Virus record (IMG/VR): IMGVR_UViG_3300012274_000094 | Location: 1-64,000 of that record | Strand: one strand, 5' to 3' | Length of the DNA: 64,000 nt | Source: an uncultured virus (IMG/VR IMGVR_UViG_3300012274_000094) | Taxonomy: Duplodnaviria; Heunggongvirae; Uroviricota; Caudoviricetes | Shown: in pieces, positions 1 through 9,466 of the stretch | Numbering within the stretch: position 1 is the stretch's first letter | Layout of the letters: each line of letters begins with the position of its first letter | Made by a program: the position numbers and the translations under genes | Notes under the pieces: model-generated | The model's input: the letters and a program-made list of their open reading frames with translations, nothing else | Database searches by the model: none | Told to the model about the DNA's origin: nothing

Positions 1-228
1 CTATGAAAGATTTGATATTAAAGGCTCAATTTCTAGCGCTTCTAAATATCCATTTCTACTCTCCCAAGAGGCTACAGCTTTAATTCCGTAGCGATTGGTT
101 GCTCTGCCATGACCTTTTATTAATGGATCAGGGAAAGGATCATCAATCCTTTCCCGCATATTTTTTAAAGTACCTTTAGAAATATTGTACCTTTTTAAAA
201 TCTCTGGTGTTGAGATGTAAATTGCCAT
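1..228 (-). CDS. Excisionase/AlpA-like winged-helix protein
   Basis: YISTPEILKRYNISKGTL..FPDP..RYGIKAVASWE pattern; last gene of the leftward early operon. Confidence 0.6.
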   Translation of the reverse strand: MAIYISTPEILKRYNISKGTLKNMRERIDDPFPDPLIKGHGRATNRYGIKAVASWESRNGYLEALEIEPLISNLS

Positions 229-260
229 TAAATTTAGACCTCCTTACTTTTCACTTTCAT

Positions 261-623
261 TTAGGTGATTGACTGATATCTAAGTTGATTCATTTTTGCC
301 ATGCCACGCAAACGCAGTTGATCGACAAATTGTTTGTCGTTATTTATCCAAGCTCGACAAAAGGAAGAAAACTGTTTTTGGCAAACTTCATTCATTTCAA
401 AACCTTTACTAGTTTCTTTTATAGAAATCTTGGCAACTTCCTTCCCTCTTTTTAAGACAATGAACCCTTTCTTATAAGAAGCATAGAAACCCTTTTCAGA
501 CATCCAAACAGTGAAAGGATAAGACATAGAGTCAGGGATATACTTCATCATGTCAAAATCTCCAAATAGCATCTTTAAGCTTTGCTTTATGTAACAAGCC
601 TTCAGTTTCATAGAGAGATACAT
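261..623 (-). CDS. Hypothetical phage early protein (start may be ~551)
   Basis: ORF in leftward operon. Confidence 0.55.
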   Translation of the reverse strand: MYLSMKLKACYIKQSLKMLFGDFDMMKYIPDSMSYPFTVWMSEKGFYASYKKGFIVLKRGKEVAKISIKETSKGFEMNEVCQKQFSSFCRAWINNDKQFVDQLRLRGMAKMNQLRYQSIT

Positions 624-689
624 TTACAAACATCTGAGTTCGGTTACCGATCACTGTGAATGTTCGTGATTTGCTGTTATAAATCTGAA

Positions 690-1451
690 TCATTGCTTTT
701 GCATCCATCCAGCATCTTTGCGTTTAGACTGACAAGCGTTGTATACGGTCTGTTGGATAGGTGTGTTTTTATACAGCTTATAAATTTTATTTAATTGATC
801 AAAACTTTGAGCTGTTTGCACTGAAATAAGAATGTTTTCAATATCATCACGAGAATAAGTTTGTAGTTTCTCGTGATCTGAACCTTCAGAAGTTAACGGT
901 TGCGAATTTGTAATAGGTTCTTCCACCTGATTACTTAAATTCGCATAGTTTTTATCTCGAATGGTTTGAAGATATTGGTGAAATTCTCTGGCCCTTTGTT
1001 GATGACCTGGTGTATTCCAAAGTTTTGAATGAATATCGCCTGTAAGCCCAATTTGACTCATGCACTTAACTAATGCATCAGTGACTGACTTTTTTGGGGC
1101 TTCTTCATCATATTTCATTTTACTTGGTGTATTGGCATTGCCAGCTGTTCTATAGACAGCTTTTGTTGAACCCATATGTTCGACTAAGCATTTTCTACCT
1201 TCTCTCATGTACCAGAATTGAACCATCGCCCAATGCAATTTTGTTTCTTGATCAAGTGCCTCAAAACCCTGATTTTTGATTGAAAAACCCCATCCGTCAC
1301 CACAAGGTCCAAATACCTCAGTACAACGGAAAGTTAACCAATAAGGATGTGTTGAAGTACCTTTATATTCTTTACCTTCGATTGTTGTTGTTTGACTTGG
1401 ATCAGTTAAGAAAAGTTGATCCCAAAGTTCACGATTTTTTAAATCTAACAT
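690..1451 (-). CDS. Rad52/Sak-like single-strand annealing protein
   Basis: FGPCGDGWGF and KKSVTDALVKC..GLTGDIH motifs; ATG 1451 preceded by AAGGAG. Confidence 0.65.
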   Translation of the reverse strand: MLDLKNRELWDQLFLTDPSQTTTIEGKEYKGTSTHPYWLTFRCTEVFGPCGDGWGFSIKNQGFEALDQETKLHWAMVQFWYMREGRKCLVEHMGSTKAVYRTAGNANTPSKMKYDEEAPKKSVTDALVKCMSQIGLTGDIHSKLWNTPGHQQRAREFHQYLQTIRDKNYANLSNQVEEPITNSQPLTSEGSDHEKLQTYSRDDIENILISVQTAQSFDQLNKIYKLYKNTPIQQTVYNACQSKRKDAGWMQKQ

Positions 1452-1461
1452 AGGAAGCTCC

Positions 1462-1605
1462 TTAACGATTAGCCCAACAAAAACCACAACTGTGACATTC
1501 ACATTGACTTCCTGTGCCTGAATGACTAACACCCAAAGTACATTTGTCATTAGCACATCTAGGGCAAGTCCCATATATCACTCGAAAAGATTTAATAACT
1601 AACAT
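1462..1605 (-). CDS. 47-aa Zn-ribbon protein (not in ORF track)
   Basis: MLVIKSFRVIYGTCPRCANDKCTLGVSHSGTGSQCECHSCGFCWANR; CxxC..CxxC; GGGGAC RBS; fills the intergenic gap. Confidence 0.65.
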   Translation of the reverse strand: MLVIKSFRVIYGTCPRCANDKCTLGVSHSGTGSQCECHSCGFCWANR

Positions 1606-1617
1606 AAATGTCCCCAA

Positions 1618-1986
1618 CTACCGTGTACCAAGAAAACCGCGACGTTTTTTATAATCTTTCCGATCCGTTGAGGAAATGTGCGTTTTCGTAAGGATTTCCT
1701 CTAATTCACGTCCTCTACGGTACTTAATTTCAGTTTGTAAATTACGTAGAATCCATTCTTTTGTATTTAGCGTGTATTGAGAGACTGGAGTTAATTCACC
1801 AGCTTCATCTATTGTATAAACACGAGTTAAAGTATGATTTGCTGCAAAAACCGTTTGGCCTAAAAGTACTTTGTATAAACCACGCTCTTCATCTTTCCCC
1901 TTAAACTCGCGGAAAGATTTATTGTTTGCCGTACCTTTTGGACTATTGTTATAACGTCTAGAACCACGAAGGAAGTTAGTGTTCAT
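1618..1986 (-). CDS. Hypothetical basic protein
   Basis: ORF with ATGA overlap to upstream gene. Confidence 0.65.
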   Translation of the reverse strand: MNTNFLRGSRRYNNSPKGTANNKSFREFKGKDEERGLYKVLLGQTVFAANHTLTRVYTIDEAGELTPVSQYTLNTKEWILRNLQTEIKYRRGRELEEILTKTHISSTDRKDYKKRRGFLGTR

Positions 1987-2312
1987 TGGGCACCACCTAA
2001 TTTAACTACACGAACTTGAGCTTCTACTGGTTCACCTGAGTTAAATTGCTGTTGCCATTGTTTTGTTTTTTGCTCACGCAACTGAGCCTCAGCATCACAT
2101 GCATAAACAAAGGCAATAGCTATTGCACTAACTACGAGAAAGAGTAAAACATACGGAAATTTACTATCTTTTTTAAACTTTAGATCCTCAGCAGATGGAT
2201 GCTGGTAAAGTTTACTAATAGCTGGTTTATTTGTTTTGTTGCCGCTAAGTTCAGGAACAAAACAGATTGGGTTAGATGGTGAAGATTGACTGCTTATATA
2301 TTTCTGATTCAT
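1983..2312 (-). CDS. Hypothetical single-TM protein
   Basis: Hydrophobic YVLLFLVVSAIAIAFVYA segment. Confidence 0.65.
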   Translation of the reverse strand: MNQKYISSQSSPSNPICFVPELSGNKTNKPAISKLYQHPSAEDLKFKKDSKFPYVLLFLVVSAIAIAFVYACDAEAQLREQKTKQWQQQFNSGEPVEAQVRVVKLGGAQ

Positions 2313-2321
2313 AATAATTCG

Positions 2322-2386
2322 CCTTAATACGTATAGTATTGGTAGAAAAAGCCTCGATAGCCGTCCAAAGTCATTGAGGCTTTTTC
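2322..2386 (+). ncRNA. Predicted antisense RNA to the leader of 1983..2312
   Basis: TTGACT(2286)-18-CATAAT(2310) promoter, then hairpin 2345-2386 ending in T5. Confidence 0.4.
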
Positions 2387-2619
2387 ATTTGTGTTAGTTG
2401 CGCGGTTCCAGAGATTTGCGAAGGTTTAAATCTGTAAATAAAACCGTTTTTATGAATGCGCTCTTCATCAACAAAGTCTTTTGCATTAATTTTTGTGATT
2501 TCCAAGTCCTTCCAATTCGGTAAGTCTTTTTTTGTACATTGAACAAGACGACCACAAGCCATAGCTCGTAACGCCTCCGCAATGCTAATCAAGCCTTCTG
2601 TAGAGCATATTTGACTCAT
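2371..2619 (-). CDS. First PL-operon hypothetical protein
   Basis: ATG 2619 with GGTG RBS downstream of PL. Confidence 0.6.
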   Translation of the reverse strand: MSQICSTEGLISIAEALRAMACGRLVQCTKKDLPNWKDLEITKINAKDFVDEERIHKNGFIYRFKPSQISGTAQLTQMKKPQ

Positions 2620-2649
2620 TTTATATTCACCATGAGATATGTTGGTGAA

Positions 2650-2704
2650 ATTATTATGCATAAGTGCATAACGTAATGCAATACTGAATTATGCAAATGT
2701 GCAT
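2650..2704 (-). promoter_or_regulatory. PL/OL with ATGC-N6-GCAT operators
   Basis: Perfect sites 2656-2669 and 2691-2704, imperfect 2676-2689; TTGCAT-17-AATAAT on minus strand. Confidence 0.75.
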
Positions 2705-2731
2705 TATTATTTATTTGTAATTATTGAGCAT

Positions 2732-2755
2732 AAAAAAACCGCTACTTGAGCGGTT
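2732..2755 (-). terminator. Intrinsic terminator of the cI operon
   Basis: AACCGCT/AGCGGTT stem plus U-tract on minus strand. Confidence 0.65.
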
Positions 2756-2812
2756 CTTTAAAAGATAATGCTAAACTATTAATTTAAAAAGTTAATTTAC
2801 TAAATCAATAGA

Positions 2813-3097
2813 CTAAATCTTTAAATTTTCAACAGTAAGTTTAAGCATTCTTGCTAATTCCATATCAAAGCCATGCAAAGCATTCTTAATAACATTGCCA
2901 GCCATATTATGGTTTTCGAAATGATCTATTGTAAAAGCTTGACTTACAAGGGGGTGATGCTCATTAGAAAGTTCTTTAATATTCATCAAGATAGAAGCAG
3001 CCATATTTGGTGAGGATCTTACAACTTCTTCAACAAATGTAGTGAGCAACGCTTGTCTACCAATCAGGTCAGCAGTGTTTTCTTTATTATTTTTCAT
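2813..3097 (-). CDS. Hypothetical protein co-transcribed with cI (rex-like position)
   Basis: Starts 3 nt after the cI stop. Confidence 0.65.
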   Translation of the reverse strand: MKNNKENTADLIGRQALLTTFVEEVVRSSPNMAASILMNIKELSNEHHPLVSQAFTIDHFENHNMAGNVIKNALHGFDMELARMLKLTVENLKI

Positions 3098-3100
3098 AAC

Positions 3101-3865
3101 TTAACGTCTCACTTTGCGGCCTTCAGATTTCCACCAGTATTGACCAATGATTTGTACATTTTCTGCTTCAATACGAGCTGGTGAGTAATATTCATCAGGA
3201 TATTTAACTTTATCTGTATTACGAGAAACGGCTTTAAAACCACCTTTGCCTTGCTCATTCCATTCAAATAACAGTTTGATTTTTAATTCATCGCCTCTTA
3301 AAAAAGCATAAATTTCACCATCAAAAATTCTTTTAGCTGAAGTATCAATAGATATTCGTTGCCCTGGGTAAAGATCGGGTACCATGCTTTCACCATCAAC
3401 AACGATGACTTTAGCGCAGTCTGGTTTTACGTCATATCTTCTGATTTCATTAACTGGAAATAAGAATTTATGTGGGCTTTGCTGCTCTATATTCAAGTAT
3501 CCACCTCCGGCACTAACTTTAATTTCACTATAGAAATCAATAGCTACATAACCATCAGGGATGGGGTCACCTTCTTCATATAAATGAATTTCGGTATCGT
3601 AAATTTTATTGTTATCAGGACCTGGGTTATGTTGATTTTGATTTCTTTCTAATAAAGATAAGTCTTTATCAAATAATTCATTAACAGTAACGCCTGCCCA
3701 TTTAGCAATAGGTTCTAATGTAGAGCGTCTAGGATCTTTAGTAATTCCGTTCAAAATGCGGAATACAGTTGATTGCTTAATCTCTGGATTCTTTTGCTCA
3801 AGATCATTTGGATTTGTTTCATGTTTATTAAGCAAGTATTCAATATTCGATTTCAGGTAATTCAT
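3101..3865 (-). CDS. cI: CI-like repressor (HTH + S24 peptidase)
   Basis: HTH QSTVFRILNG; cleavage site SAGGG; GESMVP catalytic Ser; IKLL Lys. Confidence 0.92.
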   Translation of the reverse strand: MNYLKSNIEYLLNKHETNPNDLEQKNPEIKQSTVFRILNGITKDPRRSTLEPIAKWAGVTVNELFDKDLSLLERNQNQHNPGPDNNKIYDTEIHLYEEGDPIPDGYVAIDFYSEIKVSAGGGYLNIEQQSPHKFLFPVNEIRRYDVKPDCAKVIVVDGESMVPDLYPGQRISIDTSAKRIFDGEIYAFLRGDELKIKLLFEWNEQGKGGFKAVSRNTDKVKYPDEYYSPARIEAENVQIIGQYWWKSEGRKVRR

Positions 3866-3897
3866 AGATTTCACCACTATTTCCGCAAAACTATTTT

Positions 3898-3968
3898 ATG
3901 CGAAGACGCATAATTTGTGGAAAATAACTCACATATGCATTGACGATAATGCAAATATGCATAATAAT
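3898..3968. promoter_or_regulatory. OR/PR with ATGC-N6-GCAT operators
   Basis: Sites 3898-3911 and 3949-3962, half-site 3927-3940; TTGACG(3940)-17-AATAAT. Confidence 0.75.
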
Positions 3969-4001
3969 TTGCATTAATCGATCTAGGCGTAAGAGCTAAA
4001 T

Positions 4002-4205
4002 ATGACACTTAAAGAAAAAATCCTGTTTTTAACGATCACACGTGGTTTTACACAACAACAAGTAAGTGAAGAAACAGGTATTGAACAAAGTTCTGTATCT
4101 CGCATCTTGAATAACACTCAAAAGAATATTGGTTATGAAAAAGGTGTTGCTTTGGATGCTTTCGTAAATCGTGAAAAGGCAAAAGTTCAATCCAAAACTG
4201 CTTAA
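4002..4205 (+). CDS. cro: Cro-like HTH protein
   Basis: TQQQVSEETGIEQSSVSRIL HTH, divergent from cI. Confidence 0.85.
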   Translation: MTLKEKILFLTITRGFTQQQVSEETGIEQSSVSRILNNTQKNIGYEKGVALDAFVNREKAKVQSKTA

Positions 4206-4240
4206 TTGAGTTCCATTTCAATATAGGTAATGAGGTATCT

Positions 4241-4615
4241 ATGGCTGAAAAACTTTTAGCAAATGCTTCATCAAAATTAACTTTGGAGGAAAAAGCTAAG
4301 ATGGAGTGGATTGCCAAATTAGAAGGCAGTGACTCTCTATCAAAACTCATCCGTTCTATGTGTAAGAAAAAAATTTCAGAAGTAGAAGGTGAGATGGCTA
4401 ATAAAAGCTCTCTAGATGTAATTAAAAACATTTGCACAAGAAAAATCTCAGCAGCAGAAACTGAATACGAGTTTCTCAGAAATGTTTTTATTGGGTCAAA
4501 ACAAAACGGGTATACCGAAGATACCTTTGAATTAGTGCCTTTACGGGCCGAAAAATCACAGCATTCAAATGCATGTGACAAATCAGTCCAGCTGGATCTA
4601 CTTAGCTGGAAATAA
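4241..4615 (+). CDS. CII-position regulator (ribbon-helix-helix-like N-terminus)
   Basis: Follows cro; GAGG RBS; SKLTLEEK..SLSKLIR. Confidence 0.5.
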   Translation: MAEKLLANASSKLTLEEKAKMEWIAKLEGSDSLSKLIRSMCKKKISEVEGEMANKSSLDVIKNICTRKISAAETEYEFLRNVFIGSKQNGYTEDTFELVPLRAEKSQHSNACDKSVQLDLLSWK

Positions 4616-4679
4616 AAAAACCATTTCCTGTTGGCGCAGGAAATGGTCATGGCAGTTCAAAACCTTGGAAGAAATGAAC
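4614..4679 (-). ncRNA. Predicted OOP/sar-like antisense RNA
   Basis: Leftward TTGCCT(4714-4709)-17-TAAATT(4691-4686); hairpin 4620-4647 followed by U-tract. Confidence 0.45.
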
Positions 4680-4850
4680 GTGAGTAATTTAGCAAATCAT
4701 CCTTGCTCAGGCAAATGCACTGATTTTAATGAAGAACAGTGCTCGACTTGTCTTATCAAACAAGATGCACCGCATCAAAACTTAGAAATTCAAACCGATG
4801 AAGACAAATTTCTCAATCGTGCTTTATCAGCACAAAGGGAGATTCCATGA
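4674..4850 (+). CDS. Small Cys-rich hypothetical protein
   Basis: CSGKC..CSTC; start after GGAAG. Confidence 0.55.
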   Translation: MNVSNLANHPCSGKCTDFNEEQCSTCLIKQDAPHQNLEIQTDEDKFLNRALSAQREIP

Positions 4851-5029
4851 CTTCTAAAAAGGTTTGGCCGTTAGGAACTAACCATACTGATTCTGAAGAA
4901 ACGCCATGGAAACGTGATGCTCAGAACAATTGGTGGTTTTGGCAAGAAAATTTTGGCTGGTCACGATACGTGGGCCCAGTGAACAAAGCTTTCTTAGATT
5001 CGCGTTTTGAAGTGGTAGAAAATCAATGA
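4847..5029 (+). CDS. Trp-rich hypothetical protein
   Basis: ATGA-coupled ORF. Confidence 0.65.
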   Translation: MTSKKVWPLGTNHTDSEETPWKRDAQNNWWFWQENFGWSRYVGPVNKAFLDSRFEVVENQ

Positions 5030-5475
5030 TTTATGAAATCAGTAAACATCAAGAAAAATTTAGTTTTGAAGCACCAAATTTAAAGATTGCTGCTTTAGTT
5101 GTTTGTTCACTAGGCCATGGACAATACCCAGCCATATCAATAGATGGCGAACTGTTCGTACCACAATTTATTTTTGGTGGTCATGATGAATGGTTCATTT
5201 CTAATTTTGGTTCAAATTTTGTCGAAACTCTTAATGAGGTTCTTTCTAAGGAAAAGGAGCAACTCTATATAAGTTTAAAATCTGTCTTAATTGGGACTTC
5301 AGAAGGCAGAAAGGCATATCAGGAGTCTAAGGCATTCACACCTCATACACCTAAAGCAGTGTTGGAACATTCGAAAGATAAACTTAACTCTAAATACAAT
5401 AATTTTTGCCAATATGCTTGGGCTTTCGCTGAACAAGTGAGCTTGTATAAGCCAGCTCAGGAAGGTGAAGCATGA
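5026..5475 (+). CDS. Hypothetical protein
   Basis: ATGA-coupled ORF. Confidence 0.7.
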   Translation: MIYEISKHQEKFSFEAPNLKIAALVVCSLGHGQYPAISIDGELFVPQFIFGGHDEWFISNFGSNFVETLNEVLSKEKEQLYISLKSVLIGTSEGRKAYQESKAFTPHTPKAVLEHSKDKLNSKYNNFCQYAWAFAEQVSLYKPAQEGEA

Positions 5476-6113
5476 GAGATCGTTTTTACATCGCATGCTT
5501 TAGGGATAATGTAGGTCCTAATGTAAGTTTTCATCGTCATCAATTTGCAGGCTATCACACTGATATTGATCAAGCATATGTTTGTACATTTGACGAAGCA
5601 CAACGACATTTCAATCAAGCCAGAGAGTTCGAACGTCCTATTTCTGCTGATCATGTTGATGCATTAGCTGTATGGAAAGTTGATCATCAAACTTTGCCTA
5701 ATAGCACTCAAATTATTGATGGTGTTTTTGGTTACGCTGTTTTCGTTCAAGGAAAATATTCGGGAAATGATGTCTATTGGTTAAATAAAGGTACTTATGA
5801 CATAGCTACTGATTTTGAAAAAGCATCTTATTTTTCCAAAGACGAAGTAAATCATCTAGGTGGAAAGTATGTTGCTATTCCTTTTTCTTTAGCTGAGAAA
5901 GCAAAACGTAGAACTTTTGATTTTGAGCAATATAACCCACGAATCATGACGCAGGGTGCGGGCTTAAAAATGCCTGAGCACCTTAAAAGAGCCAAGAGAA
6001 AAGTCAAAAATCCTCAAACACGATTTAACTGTCCAAGTTGTGGAAAAATCGTTTGGCAATACAACCCCTATGACTTTGATCACTGTGATCATTGTGGAAA
6101 AGTGGGGGAATAA
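5472..6113 (+). CDS. Hypothetical protein with C-terminal Zn finger
   Basis: CPSC..CDHC. Confidence 0.7.
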   Translation: MRDRFYIACFRDNVGPNVSFHRHQFAGYHTDIDQAYVCTFDEAQRHFNQAREFERPISADHVDALAVWKVDHQTLPNSTQIIDGVFGYAVFVQGKYSGNDVYWLNKGTYDIATDFEKASYFSKDEVNHLGGKYVAIPFSLAEKAKRRTFDFEQYNPRIMTQGAGLKMPEHLKRAKRKVKNPQTRFNCPSCGKIVWQYNPYDFDHCDHCGKVGE

Positions 6114-6116
6114 AGC

Positions 6117-7676
6117 ATGAACAATAAGTTATTTTTTGATAGTTCACGATTATTTAAAACTCAATTTGGATTAAATTTTTCCGAAAAAATAATTGTTGAT
6201 TTCTTTGCTGGCGGCGGCGGAGCGAGTACAGGATTGGAAATGGGGCTTAATCGTCCAGTCTATGTGGCGGTTAATCACAATCCAAAGGCCATTGCAATGC
6301 ATGAGGCAAATCACCCTCATACAATTCATTATGTACAGGATGTATTTGCAGTTGATCCAGTCTATATTTGTGACGGCTATCATGTTGGTTGGTTTCATGC
6401 GAGCCCGGATTGTACTCACCATTCACAAGCAGCTGGTGGTCAGCCTCGGAAAAAAGAAATAAGAGATCTTGCTTGGGTAATCCCAAGATTTGCAGGGAAA
6501 GTAAAACCAGATGTTATTAGCATGGAAAATGTTCGCCAGATGCTTAATTGGGGACCATTAATCTCAAAACGAGATAAAGCAACCGGCCGTGTTATTACCC
6601 TTGAAAAAATTGAAGTAAATGGAAAGTTGGTTAATCGTGTTGCTGAGCCTGGTGAAGTTGTACCAAGAAATTTACAGTTCTTGATTCCAGATCCAAAACG
6701 TATTGGCCTAACTTGGAAACGCTTTATTAAGACATTAAAGGGCCTTGGCTACATAGTTGAGTGGCGTGCAAATATTGTTGCTGCTGATTTTGGAGCGGGA
6801 ACAATTCGTTCACGATTATTTTTAGTCGCCCGTTGTGATGGCAACCCAATTGTTTGGCCTGAAAAGTATTTTGCAAAACAACCTAAGGCTAAACAGAGTA
6901 AATGGATTTCTACCGCAGATTCTATTGATTGGTCTGATTTGGGTAATTCAATTTTTAATCGTCCAAAAGGTCCGCTTGTTCCAGCTACACTTAAACGATT
7001 GGCGAAAGGTTTGAAGCGATTTGTGATTGATGCTGAAAATCCATATTTCGTCAATTCTTCAACTCCATTTATTTGCCGTGATTTTAATACGAGCATAGGT
7101 CATAACATTACTGAGCCTCTTGCAACCACAACTGCAAGTTATGGTGGGCATAGTCAACTTGTGTGTCCAATTTTAGCCCCGTTTCTAACTGAATTTGCCA
7201 ATGCATCTCAACAGCGCAACTGGTCTATAGATCAACCACTATCAACGATTTGTGCACAAGTTAAAGGCGGACACCATGGTTTAGTAACTGCACAACTCAG
7301 TAAAGACGATTTCGAGGGTGCATTACGAGTGGCGGCCTTCTTGATTAATTATTACGGCAATGGTGATGCAAGAGACATTACCGCACCTATGGATACATTA
7401 ACGACTAAAGATCGACTTGCATTAGTCACTGTATGGATCAAAGGAGATCCTTGGGTAATTGTTGATATACGTTTGCGCATGCTTAAGCCAAGAGAGCTTT
7501 ATAAAGCGCAAGGATTTCCAGATTCTTACATAATCGATCCGATTTATTGCGGCAAGCCATTATCAAAAAAAGACCAAGTACATATGTGTGGCAATAGCGT
7601 TTCGCCTTTGCCTATGGCTGCAATTGCTCGAGCGAATAACCCATTTTTAAAAACAAACCAATATGAGGCTGCTTGA
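6117..7676 (+). CDS. DNA cytosine-5 methyltransferase
   Basis: DFFAGGGG (I), SPDC (IV), ENV (VI), RSRLF (VIII), GNSV (X). Confidence 0.92.
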   Translation: MNNKLFFDSSRLFKTQFGLNFSEKIIVDFFAGGGGASTGLEMGLNRPVYVAVNHNPKAIAMHEANHPHTIHYVQDVFAVDPVYICDGYHVGWFHASPDCTHHSQAAGGQPRKKEIRDLAWVIPRFAGKVKPDVISMENVRQMLNWGPLISKRDKATGRVITLEKIEVNGKLVNRVAEPGEVVPRNLQFLIPDPKRIGLTWKRFIKTLKGLGYIVEWRANIVAADFGAGTIRSRLFLVARCDGNPIVWPEKYFAKQPKAKQSKWISTADSIDWSDLGNSIFNRPKGPLVPATLKRLAKGLKRFVIDAENPYFVNSSTPFICRDFNTSIGHNITEPLATTTASYGGHSQLVCPILAPFLTEFANASQQRNWSIDQPLSTICAQVKGGHHGLVTAQLSKDDFEGALRVAAFLINYYGNGDARDITAPMDTLTTKDRLALVTVWIKGDPWVIVDIRLRMLKPRELYKAQGFPDSYIIDPIYCGKPLSKKDQVHMCGNSVSPLPMAAIARANNPFLKTNQYEAA

Positions 7677-7679
7677 GAA

Positions 7680-8705
7680 ATGGCAAGATCTAGAAATATT
7701 AAGCCCTCATTTTTTATGAATGAAGACATTATTGAATTACCGTATGAAGCTCGATTGTTATTTATTGGGCTTTGGATATTAGCTGATCGAGAAGGCCGGT
7801 TAGAAAACCGACCAAAGAAAATCAAGATGTCCTTATTTCCAGCAGACGAAATAAACGTTGCAGAACAGTTAGAGAACATTTCTAAGTTTGGTTTTATAGA
7901 GTTATATAACGCTGATGGTACTGATGTTATCCAAATCGTAAACTTTGTTAAGCATCAAAATCCACATGGTCTTGAAAAGGACAGTGACTTACCTAACAAA
8001 GATGGTGTCTACACTGTTCATAATCGTAACCCTAAAAACAAAACTATTGTTGGAAAGCCAATCCAAGTAAGTAAAGCTGATCTAAAGTACTTTTACGACA
8101 AAACAGGCCCTTTTGCCCCGAAAAATACTGCTTCTGCTAGTGAAAACAGTTATCAAGATAACGAATCGAGTCAAGCTAACAGTAACGGGAATACACAAGA
8201 ACAGTTAGAAAACGTTTCTACAACTGTTTCTATCTCAGACCAAAACGCCCTGATTCCTGAATCCTTTAATCTGAATCCTGAATCCTTTAATCTGAATCCA
8301 GAAGATAATAACAACTCCGCCGTTGGCGAAGTTGAATCATCCCAACAGAAATTTAGTTTCAAGTCAGCTTTGAAAAAACATGGTGTACCTGAAAAGGACG
8401 CTACTGAGTTCATGCAAATCCGAAAAGCCAAAAAAGCCCAAAATACTGAAAACGCGTTTGACGCCTTGTTAAACGAATCCAGAAAGGCAGGTATCACACT
8501 TCAACAAGCAATCGAGTGCTGTTTGAAAAGACAAAACCCTTGGGGTGCTTTCAAAGCGTCATGGTACCAAAACGATAAAGCGGCTGTAGTGACTGGACAA
8601 CCTCAGGGCCATCAATCTTTACCACGCAATGTGAATGATCAATGGGGTGCACCAAAACAATATGAGCCAGTACCTCACACAGAAGTGGAGGGTGAATTGA
8701 TATGA
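7680..8705 (+). CDS. Phage replication initiator (O-like)
   Basis: MARSRNIKPSFF..ARLLFIGLW..ADREGRL N-terminus; precedes DnaC. Confidence 0.8.
   Translation: MARSRNIKPSFFMNEDIIELPYEARLLFIGLWILADREGRLENRPKKIKMSLFPADEINVAEQLENISKFGFIELYNADGTDVIQIVNFVKHQNPHGLEKDSDLPNKDGVYTVHNRNPKNKTIVGKPIQVSKADLKYFYDKTGPFAPKNTASASENSYQDNESSQANSNGNTQEQLENVSTTVSISDQNALIPESFNLNPESFNLNPEDNNNSAVGEVESSQQKFSFKSALKKHGVPEKDATEFMQIRKAKKAQNTENAFDALLNESRKAGITLQQAIECCLKRQNPWGAFKASWYQNDKAAVVTGQPQGHQSLPRNVNDQWGAPKQYEPVPHTEVEGELI
8142..8299. repeat. Iteron-like and tandem repeats (candidate origin) inside rep
   Basis: AACAGT(T)A copies ~8145/8178/8200 (and 7864); 21-bp tandem CCTGAATCCTTTAATCTGAAT x2 at 8256-8297. Confidence 0.55.
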
Positions 8706-9466
8706 ACTCAATGCCTCAGAAATTGGAATATAAATTTTTCCATACAAATCAGATTTGTAAGATTCACAATGAAAACATGATCAATGTGCATGGTCGAATT
8801 GTTTGCAAGTCATGTGCTGAAGAAATCTTGCAGCAATCAAATAAAAATTATGAAAGTGAGATGAACAATCGTATTTTAAATTTGAAAATGGCTCGTGCTG
8901 GGATTCCTAAACGACATGTAAATAGCGGCTTTGGAAACTATGCTGTAACTCACAAAGGACAAGACACAGCTCGTAAAACTTGTGAAAAATTCACTATGGA
9001 TTTCAATGCGGGAGCTTTTAGAAATTTACTCCTTGTAGGTCGTACGGGTACGGGAAAAACCCACCTTGGTTCATCTATTCTGAAAAATATCATCATCAAA
9101 AACTCGCAGGCTATTTACATAACGTCTGCAGGCTTAGCTGAAGATATCGCTGGTGCCTATCGCCGTAGTGGGGATAGTGAAGAAGAAGCGCTAAAACGCT
9201 ATGTGAAAAAAGATTTATTAATTATTGACGAATACGGCTTACATGACCGTGCTGAAAAACGCCCGCAGCTTCTAGAGAGTGTCCACAAAGTTTTACTCAC
9301 TCGTTATGACGAGTTGAAGCCAACAGTAGTGATTTCAAACCTAAGTCTTTCTGAGGTCCGCGAAGATCTTGGGGACCGACTATGGTCAAGATTTCAACAT
9401 GATGGCTTAGAAATTGTGGAATGTGATTGGGATGATGCTCGTATAGGTGGAGGTAAAGCACAGTGA
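8702..9466 (+). CDS. dnaC: DnaC/IstB-like helicase loader ATPase
   Basis: GRTGTGKT Walker A, LLIIDE Walker B, ISNL, N-terminal Zn ligands. Confidence 0.88.
   Translation: MNSMPQKLEYKFFHTNQICKIHNENMINVHGRIVCKSCAEEILQQSNKNYESEMNNRILNLKMARAGIPKRHVNSGFGNYAVTHKGQDTARKTCEKFTMDFNAGAFRNLLLVGRTGTGKTHLGSSILKNIIIKNSQAIYITSAGLAEDIAGAYRRSGDSEEEALKRYVKKDLLIIDEYGLHDRAEKRPQLLESVHKVLLTRYDELKPTVVISNLSLSEVREDLGDRLWSRFQHDGLEIVECDWDDARIGGGKAQ

Noticed and set aside
1452..1574. N-terminal extension of the recombinase ORF (likewise track starts 13570, 18358, 23258, 27971, 46378)
   Set aside because: Overlap other ORFs, terminators or promoters; better-placed starts lie downstream
4175..4215. TGGAAC on minus strand between cro and cII-like gene
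   Set aside because: Hexamer at the expected spacing is GCCTTT, not -10-like
8256..8299. CRISPR-like repeat
   Set aside because: Two abutting 21-bp copies without spacers, in frame within rep
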